Shown here: positions 28,580-38,547 of the stretch, piece by piece
How positions within the stretch are numbered: the stretch's first letter is position 1
Layout of the letters: each line of letters begins with the position of its first letter
Origin: Actinomycetes bacterium
Lineage (GTDB): Bacteria; Actinomycetota; Coriobacteriia; WRKU01; WQUG01
Direction of reading: 5' to 3'
DNA: 64,000 nt
Assembly: GCA_031272275.1 (NCBI GenBank)
Contig: JAISUC010000003.1
Location: 92,214 to 156,213 of the forward strand
Position numbers and translations under genes: made by a program
Notes under the pieces: generated by a model
What the model saw: the letters and a program-made list of their open reading frames with translations, nothing else
The model's database searches: none
Told to the model about the DNA's origin: nothing

Positions 28580-29773
28580 ATGCCTTTGCAACCGCGATTG
28601 TCCGTGATTGTTCCCGTGTGTAACACGGCACAGTATTTGCAGCAGTGTCTTGAATCGATCCTCTCGCAGGGAAACGATTCCATGGAAATTATTTGCGTGG
28701 ATGATGGATCCGTAGATGAGAGCGGCGTGATGTTGCGGGACTATTCCGAGTCGCAACGTGCAGTAAAAATCATTACCCAAGACAATAGGGGGGTTTCTGC
28801 TGCACGAAACGCGGGTCTCGATAGCGCAAAAGGAGAATATGTTCTCTTTTTGGACTCTGATGACTTTCTTGAGCCGGATGTGGTTGGTCCCCTATTGGAG
28901 CTGGCTGACGACCGCAATGGTGATATCGTCCGCGTACCGTACTATCAATATTATCCGGATCATGAAATAAAGAGACTGAATCGTGGGTTGTTTCGAAAAG
29001 GAGATGTACCTCCCCACGAGATAACGGTGTTTTCTGCGGAACAGGTAGCATCGTCACTTTTCCAGTTTTCCGGAACGACTTCAACAGGGATCTATCGACG
29101 ATCATTCCTAGATGAACACAAGATACGCTTTAATGAGGATCTGTGCTTGGGGGAGGATGCCCTCTTTGTTTGGACATCGTTGCTCTATGCAAAGCGCATT
29201 TCGTATTCGACGTCGCCCTGTTTCTGTTATCGTCGTAACCGTGAGGGGAGTACGTTAACTTCTGTCGAGGAGTTCGAGAGGGAAAAAGAACGCTACTTAA
29301 TCCTGTTTCATGATTTGCTGGTTAAGAACGGGTGGCTTTCGCTGTATCGCTCATCGTATACACGTCGTATTCTTGACTCAATCTATGCCGATATCAGAAG
29401 TATTACCGAAATATCAGAATACAACAAAATGGCGGAATACTTTCGTGAAGAAGGTTTTGACTCGTTGGAGATTGACGCGCATGCTGCCGAGACATATTTG
29501 GTGACCAAACGACAGAAGGGACTTTACCGGAGCATAATAATGGGGGAAAAGCCGCCGTTTTCGCTTTCAAGAGTACAGAGGCTTTACGATAAGTTGGATA
29601 CGGAGATGTTGAAAAACGAGCGCTTATCTCGCAAGAATGATGAGCTGCAGCGGGTCAATTCTATCTTGCGCGTACGCAATGAGTCAATGAAGACGAAGCT
29701 CGACCAACTGGAAAAGTGGCCGCTGTATCGTATCGAGAGAAAATTGCGTAACCTCTTGAGACGGAACGCCTGA
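28580..29773 (+). CDS. Family-2 glycosyltransferase with a C-terminal coiled-coil tail
   Basis: LSVIVPVCN, CVDDGSVDES and FLDSDDF (DxD). The C-terminus (KLDTEMLKNERLSRKNDELQRVNSILRVRNESMKTKLDQLE) is heptad-like. The ATG at 28580 lies 5 nt after AAGGAGAG; the track start at 28577 is TTG. Confidence 0.8.
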   Translation: MPLQPRLSVIVPVCNTAQYLQQCLESILSQGNDSMEIICVDDGSVDESGVMLRDYSESQRAVKIITQDNRGVSAARNAGLDSAKGEYVLFLDSDDFLEPDVVGPLLELADDRNGDIVRVPYYQYYPDHEIKRLNRGLFRKGDVPPHEITVFSAEQVASSLFQFSGTTSTGIYRRSFLDEHKIRFNEDLCLGEDALFVWTSLLYAKRISYSTSPCFCYRRNREGSTLTSVEEFEREKERYLILFHDLLVKNGWLSLYRSSYTRRILDSIYADIRSITEISEYNKMAEYFREEGFDSLEIDAHAAETYLVTKRQKGLYRSIIMGEKPPFSLSRVQRLYDKLDTEMLKNERLSRKNDELQRVNSILRVRNESMKTKLDQLEKWPLYRIERKLRNLLRRNA

Positions 29774-29815
29774 TAAGCTTCACGGGGGCACGCACGAGCG
29801 CAGCCCAGTCTTTTT

Positions 29816-32197
29816 CTATTGGGTTTTCTGCTTAGCGAGGGAAAGGACGAACGTATCGCTTAGTTTGTCCACATGGAGTATTTGCTCATTGATAATAGAT
29901 GACAGTGGACTGCCCTGTTGGGTGACGGCGATGACCTTTGTACCACTGGCTAGGTAATCACTCAGTTTAGATGGCAGGAAGGGATTAATGGACCCTGGAA
30001 AGCCGGTGTCCGAGAGAAACAGGTAGTCCATTTTTGAGGCTATGGTTAACATGGTCAGTAGGGGGACAGATTCGTTTGTGTGTAACCGTGAGCCGTCCAA
30101 ATTGTTTTCGCGTACATCCTCGGTAATGCTGTCATATTCCGAATGAAAATAGTCCGGCGTGAAAACATGCAACGCCACATTGGGGTTTTTCAGCAAACTT
30201 AACATTGCATGATGCGAACGATTCAGGTAAAAGGAACCGAAATAGCCGATGTTAATCATTTCGGGATCCATGCTATAGCTTTCGGGCATGATGCCGACGT
30301 ACTCACGCGGAATTGCGGGGTGCGATAGCACCAGTGCACGCTCCCGGATGCTTGCATTCAATTCAGGGCGGGGATTGTAACTCAGCATATATTCCATTTG
30401 GTTGTTATTGGTAAAGATGATTTTATCAGCCGACGAATATACAGCATATTCAATATCCTCGAACAAATCATCATCAATGCGACGCTTTTGTCCAACGGTG
30501 TTTTTTGCCAGCGGATCCGAAAACTCTGCGTACCACTTGGCTTCCGGATTTGCTTTTTTGTATAGGTAGGCAGCGATGTGTGAAGCAGGTGTCATCGATC
30601 GCGAGTAAATCACATCCGCCCGATAAGGTATCGCGCGTTCAAAAGCACGTTTCCCCCACCGCAAATAGGACTGGTCGCCCAAATTGCAAAACACACCGAT
30701 TGTCGAAACGCTTGCTTTCTGACCATAGTAGAGGTTTGCAAATACGGCGTCATAAAGCGGATCTTGGTGTCGCCGTACGCGGTAGTTTTGCTTGAATACT
30801 TGCCAATCGATTAACTCATCCTCAAGCTCACCAATCTGCCTTAACCTGCGTGATGCAACATATGCTGACGGGTCAGCCTCTGCAGGGAAGAGTTGGCAGA
30901 AGGCTACCCCTTTATGAGTTGCAAACTTCGAGCGTTTCATAAGCAATGCCGGGTCACGCTTCAGCTCCGTCTGAATGTCGGCGATAAGCAGCGGGTCGTT
31001 CAGCTCTGCACAGTAATTCAGTACATGATTTTCTTGTGCACGTATTTGGCGGCAGATAAACTCTTTGTGCGCCGCTTCGGTCGTTTCGCTCAGAACCATG
31101 TGTGAGAGCTCTTTAATTAGTGCGCGCTTGTCGGAAATGTAGAGACGCAGCAAATCGGCAGACGGGCGCGACATACTTTTTTCTGTGAGAAAGCGAACAT
31201 AACCCTCTGGGGACTTGGGGTTCATGAAAGCCAGCTCGCCATGAATTCGCCCGAAATTCAAAGCCCAGAATAATATGTCTTCGGAGTGGTCCATGTCCTC
31301 AGGGATTTCCAGGAAATCATCAGTGAACAACGATCTGCGAATCAGTTTGCTGGTGAGGTTGCCAAATATGCTGGAAGCGGAGAGATAATCCGTGGTACGT
31401 GGTTCACTTTGCTTGGCGATTCCTTTGTTGATGTACGTGTCTTGGATGAAACGGTCGTCATCAGCATCATAGAGTTTTCCCATGATGATTCCGGTTTCCT
31501 TGCCAGCCAACGAAAGCATTTCAGCCAAATAGCCCTCAGTCAACCAATCATCATCATCAAGGAAAGTGATGTATTCGCCGTTTGCGGATGCCGCACCCAG
31601 GTTTCTCGCAACGCCGAGCCCTTTTCTATCCGTGAAGATTATTTTGAGGTTGGGAATGCTGCCATAACGTTTTTCTAGGCGCGAATAGTATTCGCGATCC
31701 CCGCCGTTAACAGAGAGAATTATCTCAATCCGGTCTTGCGGGAGCCCCTTTTGCTCCCTGACGGAGTTAATGCTTTTCTCCAATGTGGGGACTTCAGTCC
31801 ATGTTGCAATGATGACACTCACGGTTCCCTTTATCTGCGAGGGAGCAGATGCCGGTTTCCGGCTGAACTTCTTGATACGTCGGTATATTTTTCGCTTCAG
31901 CCGGCGCAAGCGTTTTCTGACTTTTTTTGGAAACCGGTGTAATGCTAATGCGACGTGGACCAGAGGTAGTTTGTGCCTGCGAGCCAGTTTGAGTTCGGCG
32001 CGCCGAGCGCGATTGCGCAACAAGAGAATTTCCTTGTCATCGGATGCGAGAATCTGACCAAGGAAATCGCGATATTCCTCTTCGCCGGTGCCCTCCAATA
32101 TATGCGTCTGAATGTCCTTGAACAACACTATCGGTTCCGGTGTTTTTTCATGCCTCTTTTTTGTATGTTTCTGTGCTTTTGACATGCGCATCATCAT
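29816..32197 (-). CDS. Two-domain glycosyltransferase: N-terminal GT2 plus a C-terminal GT-B-like domain
   Basis: 793 aa. After a basic N-terminal region (RRLKRKIYRRIKKFSRK) come the GT2 motifs VSVIIATW and FLDDDDW. The C-terminal ~380 aa has GYFGSFY and NPFLPSKLSDYLASGTKVIAV, reminiscent of the GT-B nucleotide-sugar binding half. The start overlaps the rmlB stop. Confidence 0.65.
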   Translation of the reverse strand: MMMRMSKAQKHTKKRHEKTPEPIVLFKDIQTHILEGTGEEEYRDFLGQILASDDKEILLLRNRARRAELKLARRHKLPLVHVALALHRFPKKVRKRLRRLKRKIYRRIKKFSRKPASAPSQIKGTVSVIIATWTEVPTLEKSINSVREQKGLPQDRIEIILSVNGGDREYYSRLEKRYGSIPNLKIIFTDRKGLGVARNLGAASANGEYITFLDDDDWLTEGYLAEMLSLAGKETGIIMGKLYDADDDRFIQDTYINKGIAKQSEPRTTDYLSASSIFGNLTSKLIRRSLFTDDFLEIPEDMDHSEDILFWALNFGRIHGELAFMNPKSPEGYVRFLTEKSMSRPSADLLRLYISDKRALIKELSHMVLSETTEAAHKEFICRQIRAQENHVLNYCAELNDPLLIADIQTELKRDPALLMKRSKFATHKGVAFCQLFPAEADPSAYVASRRLRQIGELEDELIDWQVFKQNYRVRRHQDPLYDAVFANLYYGQKASVSTIGVFCNLGDQSYLRWGKRAFERAIPYRADVIYSRSMTPASHIAAYLYKKANPEAKWYAEFSDPLAKNTVGQKRRIDDDLFEDIEYAVYSSADKIIFTNNNQMEYMLSYNPRPELNASIRERALVLSHPAIPREYVGIMPESYSMDPEMINIGYFGSFYLNRSHHAMLSLLKNPNVALHVFTPDYFHSEYDSITEDVRENNLDGSRLHTNESVPLLTMLTIASKMDYLFLSDTGFPGSINPFLPSKLSDYLASGTKVIAVTQQGSPLSSIINEQILHVDKLSDTFVLSLAKQKTQ

Positions 32198-33219
32198 AAC
32201 ATGCAGGTTTCGGGTGACATCGCACTATCTGCTCTGTATGCTCCCGATAGGATTCGACGCCACCAGGTCGTATTATTCAGGTACCAATCGATTGTGTTCT
32301 GAATACCTTCCGCAAACGTAATCGAGGGCATCCAGTCCAGTTCCTCTCGGATTTTCCCGGCGTCAATTGCATAGCGCAAATCATGGCCTTTTCGATCAGT
32401 CACAAACTGTATCAAACTGTCCGGTTTATCCAGTGCCGACAGTATCATTCGCACAACCTCTATGTTGGCGTGTTCGTTGTTCCCGCCGACGTTATAGATT
32501 TCACCGGCGGCACCTTTCCGCACAATCCGGTCGACTGCATTCACGTGATCACGTACGTGCAACCAATCGCGAACGTTTTGTCCTTTTCCGTAAACGGGCA
32601 AGGGCTTGTCAGCCAAGGCGTTGGTAATCATCAAAGGGATCAGCTTTTCCGGAAACTGCCACGGACCATAGTTGTTCGAGCAACGCGATATTGTTGCAGG
32701 TAGTCCATAGGTACGCACGTATGCCTGGATCAAGAGGTCGGCAGCTGCTTTTGAGGCCGAATAGGGGCTTGATGCATGCAGTGGAGTCGTTTCCGTAAAC
32801 TGTAGGTCCGGGCGATCCAGTGGCAGGTCACCATAGACTTCGTCGGTTGATATCTGATGGAACCGCGGGACATCGTACTTCAGGCAGGCATCCATCAAGA
32901 CTTGCGTGCCGATGATGTTGCTCCGCAGAAAAACTTGTGGCGAGACGATAGAACGGTCTACGTGTGTTTCTGCGGCATAGTTAATAACCACATCAAAGCG
33001 ATGCCGGGAAAACAAAGCATCAATTGACTGTGCGTCGCAAATGTCAGCATGCACAAACTCAAAGCCATCAGTTTTGATTGCATCGGCAAGCGTTTCCCAG
33101 TTTCCTGAATAGGTCAGTGCATCGACTCCGACAACCACGTCTTTAGCGTGATGTTCCAACAGGTAATACACGTGGTTTGCACCGATGAAACCGGCGCAGC
33201 CGGTAATAAGAAACTTCAT
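32194..33219 (-). CDS. rfbB: dTDP-glucose 4,6-dehydratase
   Basis: ITGCAGFIGAN and YSASKAAADLL (YxxxK). 341 aa, directly downstream of rfbA. Confidence 0.92.
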   Translation of the reverse strand: MKFLITGCAGFIGANHVYYLLEHHAKDVVVGVDALTYSGNWETLADAIKTDGFEFVHADICDAQSIDALFSRHRFDVVINYAAETHVDRSIVSPQVFLRSNIIGTQVLMDACLKYDVPRFHQISTDEVYGDLPLDRPDLQFTETTPLHASSPYSASKAAADLLIQAYVRTYGLPATISRCSNNYGPWQFPEKLIPLMITNALADKPLPVYGKGQNVRDWLHVRDHVNAVDRIVRKGAAGEIYNVGGNNEHANIEVVRMILSALDKPDSLIQFVTDRKGHDLRYAIDAGKIREELDWMPSITFAEGIQNTIDWYLNNTTWWRRILSGAYRADSAMSPETCML

Positions 33220-33221
33220 TA

Positions 33222-34103
33222 TTAATCCTTTGCTCCCACCAACGAGATGAGATACTGTCCGTATTCGGTCATGTCCAATGCTTGCCCGATACTATACAAT
33301 GCGTTGTCATCGATAAAACCACGACGCCACGCGATCTCTTCAATGCACGAGACATAAAACCCCTGTCGAGACTGGACTGCCTTGACGAATTCGGCCGCCT
33401 CTATCAATCCTGCGCACGATCCGGTATCAAGCCACGCTATTCCCCTTCCCAGGGTCAAGGTGCGTAACCGGGTTTCTGCTAGGTACGCGTTGTTTATGGC
33501 GGAAATTTCTATTTCGCCGCGTGCCGAGGGTTTGATATTTCGTGCTTTTTCCAGAACAGTGTTGTCGTATAAATACAGACCCGGTATAGCGAATTTTGAG
33601 CGGGGATGCTCTGGCTTTTCTTCTATCGAGAGGACCTCACCACGCTCATTGAACTCGACGACACCGAATTGCCGGGGGTCCTTGACCGGGTAGCTGAAAA
33701 TGACCGCTCCACCCTGTTCTGCCAACAACACCTGTGCCTTTTCGAGGGTGAGTGTCAGGTTCTGTCCATAAAAGATGTTGTCCCCTAAAATCAGGCAGAC
33801 GTCCTCATCCTCTATAAAATCGGCTCCGACGATGAACGCGTCCGCCAGTCCCTTCGGCTCTGATTGTTCAGCATAGTCAAAGCGCATTCCCAGCTGTGTG
33901 CCATCACCCAGCAGGTCACGGTAACTACCCAAATCACGTGGTGTCGAGATAATCAGAACGTCCCGAATGCCAGCCAGCATCAGGACTGACAGGGGATAAT
34001 AAATCATGGGTTTGTCATAGATTGGTAAAAGGTGTTTCGAGATACCCTTGGTTATCGGGTAAAGACGGGTACCTCGTCCTCCTGCCAAAATAATCCCCTT
34101 CAT
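33222..34103 (-). CDS. rfbA: Glucose-1-phosphate thymidylyltransferase
   Basis: MKGIILAGGRGTRLYPIT, 293 aa, RmlA-type throughout. Confidence 0.93.
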   Translation of the reverse strand: MKGIILAGGRGTRLYPITKGISKHLLPIYDKPMIYYPLSVLMLAGIRDVLIISTPRDLGSYRDLLGDGTQLGMRFDYAEQSEPKGLADAFIVGADFIEDEDVCLILGDNIFYGQNLTLTLEKAQVLLAEQGGAVIFSYPVKDPRQFGVVEFNERGEVLSIEEKPEHPRSKFAIPGLYLYDNTVLEKARNIKPSARGEIEISAINNAYLAETRLRTLTLGRGIAWLDTGSCAGLIEAAEFVKAVQSRQGFYVSCIEEIAWRRGFIDDNALYSIGQALDMTEYGQYLISLVGAKD

Positions 34104-34154
34104 GTTCGTTATTCCCTCCCTGTTGCGCAGCTTCCGGGGTGTGTCATATCCGGT

Positions 34155-34877
34155 TTATCGGCTCCACGTGTCGTGCCTTACGAATACATACTGTATCGTA
34201 TCCGGAACACATCCTGCCTTAATGTGTGCTTTCAGTGATGCAGGATTGTTGGATGAAATCGGGGTGAGCAGGACTCGTTGCCCCATTGCGCGCGTCCGTT
34301 CCAGACCGGCACGCACAATCAGTCCGGACAGTCCCCGTGATTGGTATGGGGGATACATGCCGCAGAGTGCAACTTTGCACGTACCGAGGTCTGCTTCGCG
34401 CAACAACGTGAAACCAACCGGCATCCCTTCAAAAAGCAGAATCACAAGGTCTGCATTTCTTGCAATTTCATCTCGAATCCAATTGCAGTAACGGCGTGCT
34501 GCAATACGGGGACCAAACACCGGGTCAAGTGCTATTCTGTCGGTTGTGAATAATCCGGACTCGACGGCTTGTAGTAACTCATCGACATCAGCATCCAGTG
34601 CTAGGCGAAAACAGGTGTCCGACTCCGACCCTGAATCTGCAATTTTCAGCGTGTCTGCTCTTAGCGTAAACAGGGATTCGGCATAGTGGAAACCCAGCGT
34701 GGACAGCTCTTCGTACAGGTCAAGTCGACCAATTGGACTTTTTACCACACAGTAACGCGATTTGTCATATGCCAATACATCACGCACATTCTGCAAGTCT
34801 TCGCTGCCATCCAATTCAATCTCATGCGTCTCAACACCCAGATTTCGTTTCTCCCAAACAGCGTCGATGATTCTCAT
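34155..34877 (-). CDS. GNAT-type N-acetyltransferase, WecD/TDP-fucosamine acetyltransferase-like
   Basis: ~240 aa. The N-terminal non-GNAT domain (IIDAVWEKRNLGVETHEI) is followed by a GNAT core (QSRGLSGLIVRAGLERTRAMG). It sits between the sugar aminotransferase/GT2 genes and rfbA. The start (34877 or 34889) is uncertain. Confidence 0.65.
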   Translation of the reverse strand: MRIIDAVWEKRNLGVETHEIELDGSEDLQNVRDVLAYDKSRYCVVKSPIGRLDLYEELSTLGFHYAESLFTLRADTLKIADSGSESDTCFRLALDADVDELLQAVESGLFTTDRIALDPVFGPRIAARRYCNWIRDEIARNADLVILLFEGMPVGFTLLREADLGTCKVALCGMYPPYQSRGLSGLIVRAGLERTRAMGQRVLLTPISSNNPASLKAHIKAGCVPDTIQYVFVRHDTWSR

Positions 34878-35860
34878 TGTGAATTGCACCCGCAGTCATT
34901 CTTGGTCCACTCGGTGCCATGATCGGGTTTTTCGTCAAGTGCGCCTGTCGTCTGTCTGACCACATACTGTGGTGACATGTTTTGAATAATGTACGTGCGT
35001 CCGACGTATTCACCAATGATACCCAGCAATATCATAATCATGCCGCTGGTAAACAAGAGGACAGCCATCATTGAGCTATATCCTGCCGGCACCGACGGAT
35101 TCAGAATCTTGTGAACGATAGTGAACAGCGTCCACACAAATCCGACTAATGCGCACAATCCACCAAAGACAGTGGCAACACGTAACGGCTTCACTGAAAA
35201 CGCAGTGGCGCCATTCAGCCAGAGTGCCAGTAATTTGTGCAGGCTATAGTTCGAGATTCCACGTTCGCGGCTGCGGTGATTAACCTCGACGGTGTTGATG
35301 CGATTGGTGGTGCGGAAAACTAAACCGGCCAGATAGGGATACGAGTTGTGGTAACGCAGCATTTCGGTAATGACAAAACGCCTGCACGCAAAGAAGCTGG
35401 TGGTTCTAATCTGTCGCGGCTTACCGATCAATACGACCATCATCAGATCATTGATGCGTGAACCCAGCACGCGAAAGGGGTTCTGCCTGATATGGGGATA
35501 GGATCCATATACCACATCGCTACCCTGTTGCAGCTTATCAATCAGCTTAAAGCTCTCGTCGACCGGTGTTTGTCCATCGTCATCCAATGAAACAATCACG
35601 GATCCGGAACAACAGCGGTATCCTGCCATCAACGCTGCGTGTTGACCGAAGTTTTTTGCCAGTTCGACTCCCGTTACACGTCGATCACCTTGAGCCATAT
35701 GGGCGATGACCGAATAGACTTCATCGGGTGAGCCGTCACTGACTAGCACTATTTCGTACTTTTGCTCGGGGTGCGTTGACATCAGGGCATGGATTTCTTC
35801 AACCACCCCTTCTATTGTTCCCGCAGAGTTATAGCAGGGAATCACAAAGGAAATATCCAT
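34874..35860 (-). CDS. Polyprenyl-phosphate glycosyltransferase (GtrB/ArnC/CsbB-like GT2 with two C-terminal TM helices)
   Basis: ISFVIPCYNS, LVSDGSPDE and SLDDDGQ, plus a C-terminal TM pair ending IIGEYVGRTY, the hallmark of the GtrB/DPM1-like family. 328 aa. Confidence 0.8.
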   Translation of the reverse strand: MDISFVIPCYNSAGTIEGVVEEIHALMSTHPEQKYEIVLVSDGSPDEVYSVIAHMAQGDRRVTGVELAKNFGQHAALMAGYRCCSGSVIVSLDDDGQTPVDESFKLIDKLQQGSDVVYGSYPHIRQNPFRVLGSRINDLMMVVLIGKPRQIRTTSFFACRRFVITEMLRYHNSYPYLAGLVFRTTNRINTVEVNHRSRERGISNYSLHKLLALWLNGATAFSVKPLRVATVFGGLCALVGFVWTLFTIVHKILNPSVPAGYSSMMAVLLFTSGMIMILLGIIGEYVGRTYIIQNMSPQYVVRQTTGALDEKPDHGTEWTKNDCGCNSQ

Positions 35861-35864
35861 GCGG

Positions 35865-37076
35865 CTACCCCTTTCCCTTGCCGTTACGCCTATCTTTGAA
35901 GAATGATTCTATAGCAGTAACGACTCTATCGATTTCGACTTGCTTCAAACCATAAAACAGGGGGAGTCGAACGAGACGTTCACTTTCGACCGTCGTAAAT
36001 CGGTCCTCTCCACAGAATCGCCCAAACTGCTGACCACCCGGTGAACTATGTAAGGGGACATAGTGAAAGACTGCCTGAATTCCCCGTTCTCTGAGGTGTG
36101 AAATCAACGCCGTTCGTTCAGCCAAATCAGCGCATTTCACCCAGAAAAGATGAGCGTTGTGCTCACAGCCTGCAGGTATCTGTGGCAATTCAAGCAGACC
36201 TGCATCCTGCAAATGACGCAGTCCGTCGTAGTAATGCCGCCAGCCGCTCAGACGATTCAGGTTTACCGGTTCGAGTTCAGCCAGCTGAGGCAACAGGAAT
36301 GCCGCGTTCAATTCGCCGGGGAGGTAGGATGACCCTACATCAACCCAAGTGTATTTGTCGATCTGCCCGTTCAGGAATTGCGCCCGGTTGGTCCCTTTTT
36401 GCCAGATGATCTCGGCTCGCTCGCTGAAAGACTCATTTTTCAGCAGCAAGGCACCACCCTCGCCCATGTGGTAGTTTTTCGTTTCATGAAAACTGAGGCA
36501 ACCCGCTTCCCCCATGCTCCCCAAGGGACGTCCCTTGTAGCTTGCCATGAGTCCTTGTGCCGCATCTTCAATGACAGCGAGCCCATGCTCGGCAGCCAAC
36601 GCACAGATGGCATCCATTTCGCAGCTGACACCGGCATAATGCACGGGGACGATAGCGCGGGTACGTGGGGTGATTGCAGCTTCAATCAGATTCTCGTCCA
36701 AGTTCATGGTGTCGGGGCGGATATCAATAAAAACCGGCGTAGCCCCGTGTAATACAAAAGCATTTGCTGTGCTGACAAAGGTGTATGACGGCATAATGAC
36801 CTCATCACCTGGTTGCAGATCCAGCATCAATGCGCACATTTCCAAGGCGCTGGAGCAAGAGGTGGTCAACAGTACTTTGCGGACTCGACAGTGCTGCTCC
36901 AATAAGGTTTGGCATTGCTTAGTCATAGCGCCATCGCCGGAAAAGGACACACCGCGCAGCACTTGCGCGATACCGTCCAGCTCAGTTCCCAGCACCAAGG
37001 GACGGTTGAACGGAATCACTGAATCCGTGAGTCTATTGGCGGAATCGTTATTTTGTGACAATTGAATCAATCCCAT
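35865..37076 (-). CDS. DegT/DnrJ/EryC1/WecE-family PLP-dependent sugar aminotransferase (dTDP-4-keto-6-deoxyhexose 4-aminotransferase-like)
   Basis: IPFNRPLVLGTELDG at the N-terminus and the PLP-lysine motif SFHETKN. The track ORF start at 37268 lies inside the upstream gene. I chose the ATG at 37076 (MGLIQ), but the start is uncertain. Confidence 0.8.
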   Translation of the reverse strand: MGLIQLSQNNDSANRLTDSVIPFNRPLVLGTELDGIAQVLRGVSFSGDGAMTKQCQTLLEQHCRVRKVLLTTSCSSALEMCALMLDLQPGDEVIMPSYTFVSTANAFVLHGATPVFIDIRPDTMNLDENLIEAAITPRTRAIVPVHYAGVSCEMDAICALAAEHGLAVIEDAAQGLMASYKGRPLGSMGEAGCLSFHETKNYHMGEGGALLLKNESFSERAEIIWQKGTNRAQFLNGQIDKYTWVDVGSSYLPGELNAAFLLPQLAELEPVNLNRLSGWRHYYDGLRHLQDAGLLELPQIPAGCEHNAHLFWVKCADLAERTALISHLRERGIQAVFHYVPLHSSPGGQQFGRFCGEDRFTTVESERLVRLPLFYGLKQVEIDRVVTAIESFFKDRRNGKGKG

Positions 37077-38421
37077 GCGCACGGGAATAACCGATGTTGT
37101 ACCAGTAGCTGGGATCATCGTGGATGTCTTCCAGTTTATAGGCACCGACATATTTCGAGGTGATTTCGGGGTATGCAGTGACGGAGAGATCCCTCTTGCC
37201 GTCGCGCACTTGTTTGCGAACGCTCGCCTCGCGTTTGTTCGATTCGCTGCGATAGTGATAGATGCCATAGACGCCGGGCACTATCGTGGTCGCCAGAAGA
37301 AATGCCACAACCAGTGCTGCGAATACGCCGATTGCATGGGCAGTTTCTTTTTGTTTCCGGTCACGTAGCGCGGATAGAGCCGATCCGCACGCGATGATAA
37401 CCAGGGTCGTCATTCCCAGAAACACCCGACCTGCCGCCGTTCCCGAGGGAGCCAACACCATTGAAAAGGCGGAAGCCAGTCCGCCGACAAAAAAGAGCGC
37501 CGCATAGCCTTTGTCACGACGACGGCGGCTCATCACCAATAGGAAAGCAAAAAGTATCAGAAACAACAAAAACAGCTGGATCGTATCGTTGGTCACATAT
37601 GACAGCGGAACCTCGAAACGGGTTTCCAATACCTTGGCCATGCCGCCTGCGGGATTGGGAAAATAGGCTGCCCGCTCTGCGTTTCCTGGAGCGCGCACCA
37701 GGAAGTACAGCCCGATCAGCTGACCCACAATTCCGGCTGCCGATTTCAGCATCCAGTCGAGCCCGCGTTTACGGTACCCCCAGGTCAATACCAAACTGAT
37801 CAGCAGACACGCTCCGGATAGCGGTGGCGTCATCCAGCCGACAATCAATCCGAACACAGCAAACCCTAGGATTGCCGGAATACGGAGCGGAATGGCACGT
37901 TCCGGCGCATCGGTTTTCGGTTTGCGATCCAGCAGGCGCAGATAACCCAAGATCGCGGTCATTGGCCACATGTAGGCGACCGTCCCGACGCGCCACAAAA
38001 AGACCTGTCCGAAACAGATGGTGAACACCCAAACGGCACAGAACAGGAACAACAACAGCAAACAATCATGTTTTCGGCGCGGATGCGACAACCGGTACAT
38101 TAGCAAGATCATTCCCAGAAATACGCCTGCATTCAAGAAATCAAAAACGGTTTCCGATAACACCAAAAAACCCGCGTTAATCGCGAATGTAACGAATACT
38201 CCTCCGCCGCTATGCAGATAATAGTATTTCACGGAAGAGAGTACTTGCTCCATCGACGACATCATCGAGCGTTCGAAGTCATCGGCAATCAGTGGGGTCC
38301 AGATGTTCAGTGTGAGCATGAACAGGAAAATCGCCAGACATATAACAATAAATATGAGGCGCGCGTTGCGCTCGGATTTGTCAGTCATGTTTCGAACGCT
38401 GCGGTGCTTCCCTTCAGGCAT
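37048..38421 (-). CDS. Polytopic membrane protein, candidate GT-C-fold glycosyltransferase
   Basis: 457 aa, ~11-12 TM, with an acidic motif in the first extracytoplasmic loop (TPLIADDFE). It is first in the operon that also encodes the polyprenyl-P GT2. The functional call is an inference. Confidence 0.5.
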   Translation of the reverse strand: MPEGKHRSVRNMTDKSERNARLIFIVICLAIFLFMLTLNIWTPLIADDFERSMMSSMEQVLSSVKYYYLHSGGGVFVTFAINAGFLVLSETVFDFLNAGVFLGMILLMYRLSHPRRKHDCLLLLFLFCAVWVFTICFGQVFLWRVGTVAYMWPMTAILGYLRLLDRKPKTDAPERAIPLRIPAILGFAVFGLIVGWMTPPLSGACLLISLVLTWGYRKRGLDWMLKSAAGIVGQLIGLYFLVRAPGNAERAAYFPNPAGGMAKVLETRFEVPLSYVTNDTIQLFLLFLILFAFLLVMSRRRRDKGYAALFFVGGLASAFSMVLAPSGTAAGRVFLGMTTLVIIACGSALSALRDRKQKETAHAIGVFAALVVAFLLATTIVPGVYGIYHYRSESNKREASVRKQVRDGKRDLSVTAYPEITSKYVGAYKLEDIHDDPSYWYNIGYSRAHGIDSIVTK

Positions 38422-38547
38422 GGATCAAGGCCTCATTTCTGAAATGATAGTCATTTTTGATGATAGTACGATAGCATATTGCATGCGATACTGAAAATGT
38501 TATGTCACAACCGGTAAGCCACGATTTCTGTACCGTGTGATGTACCG

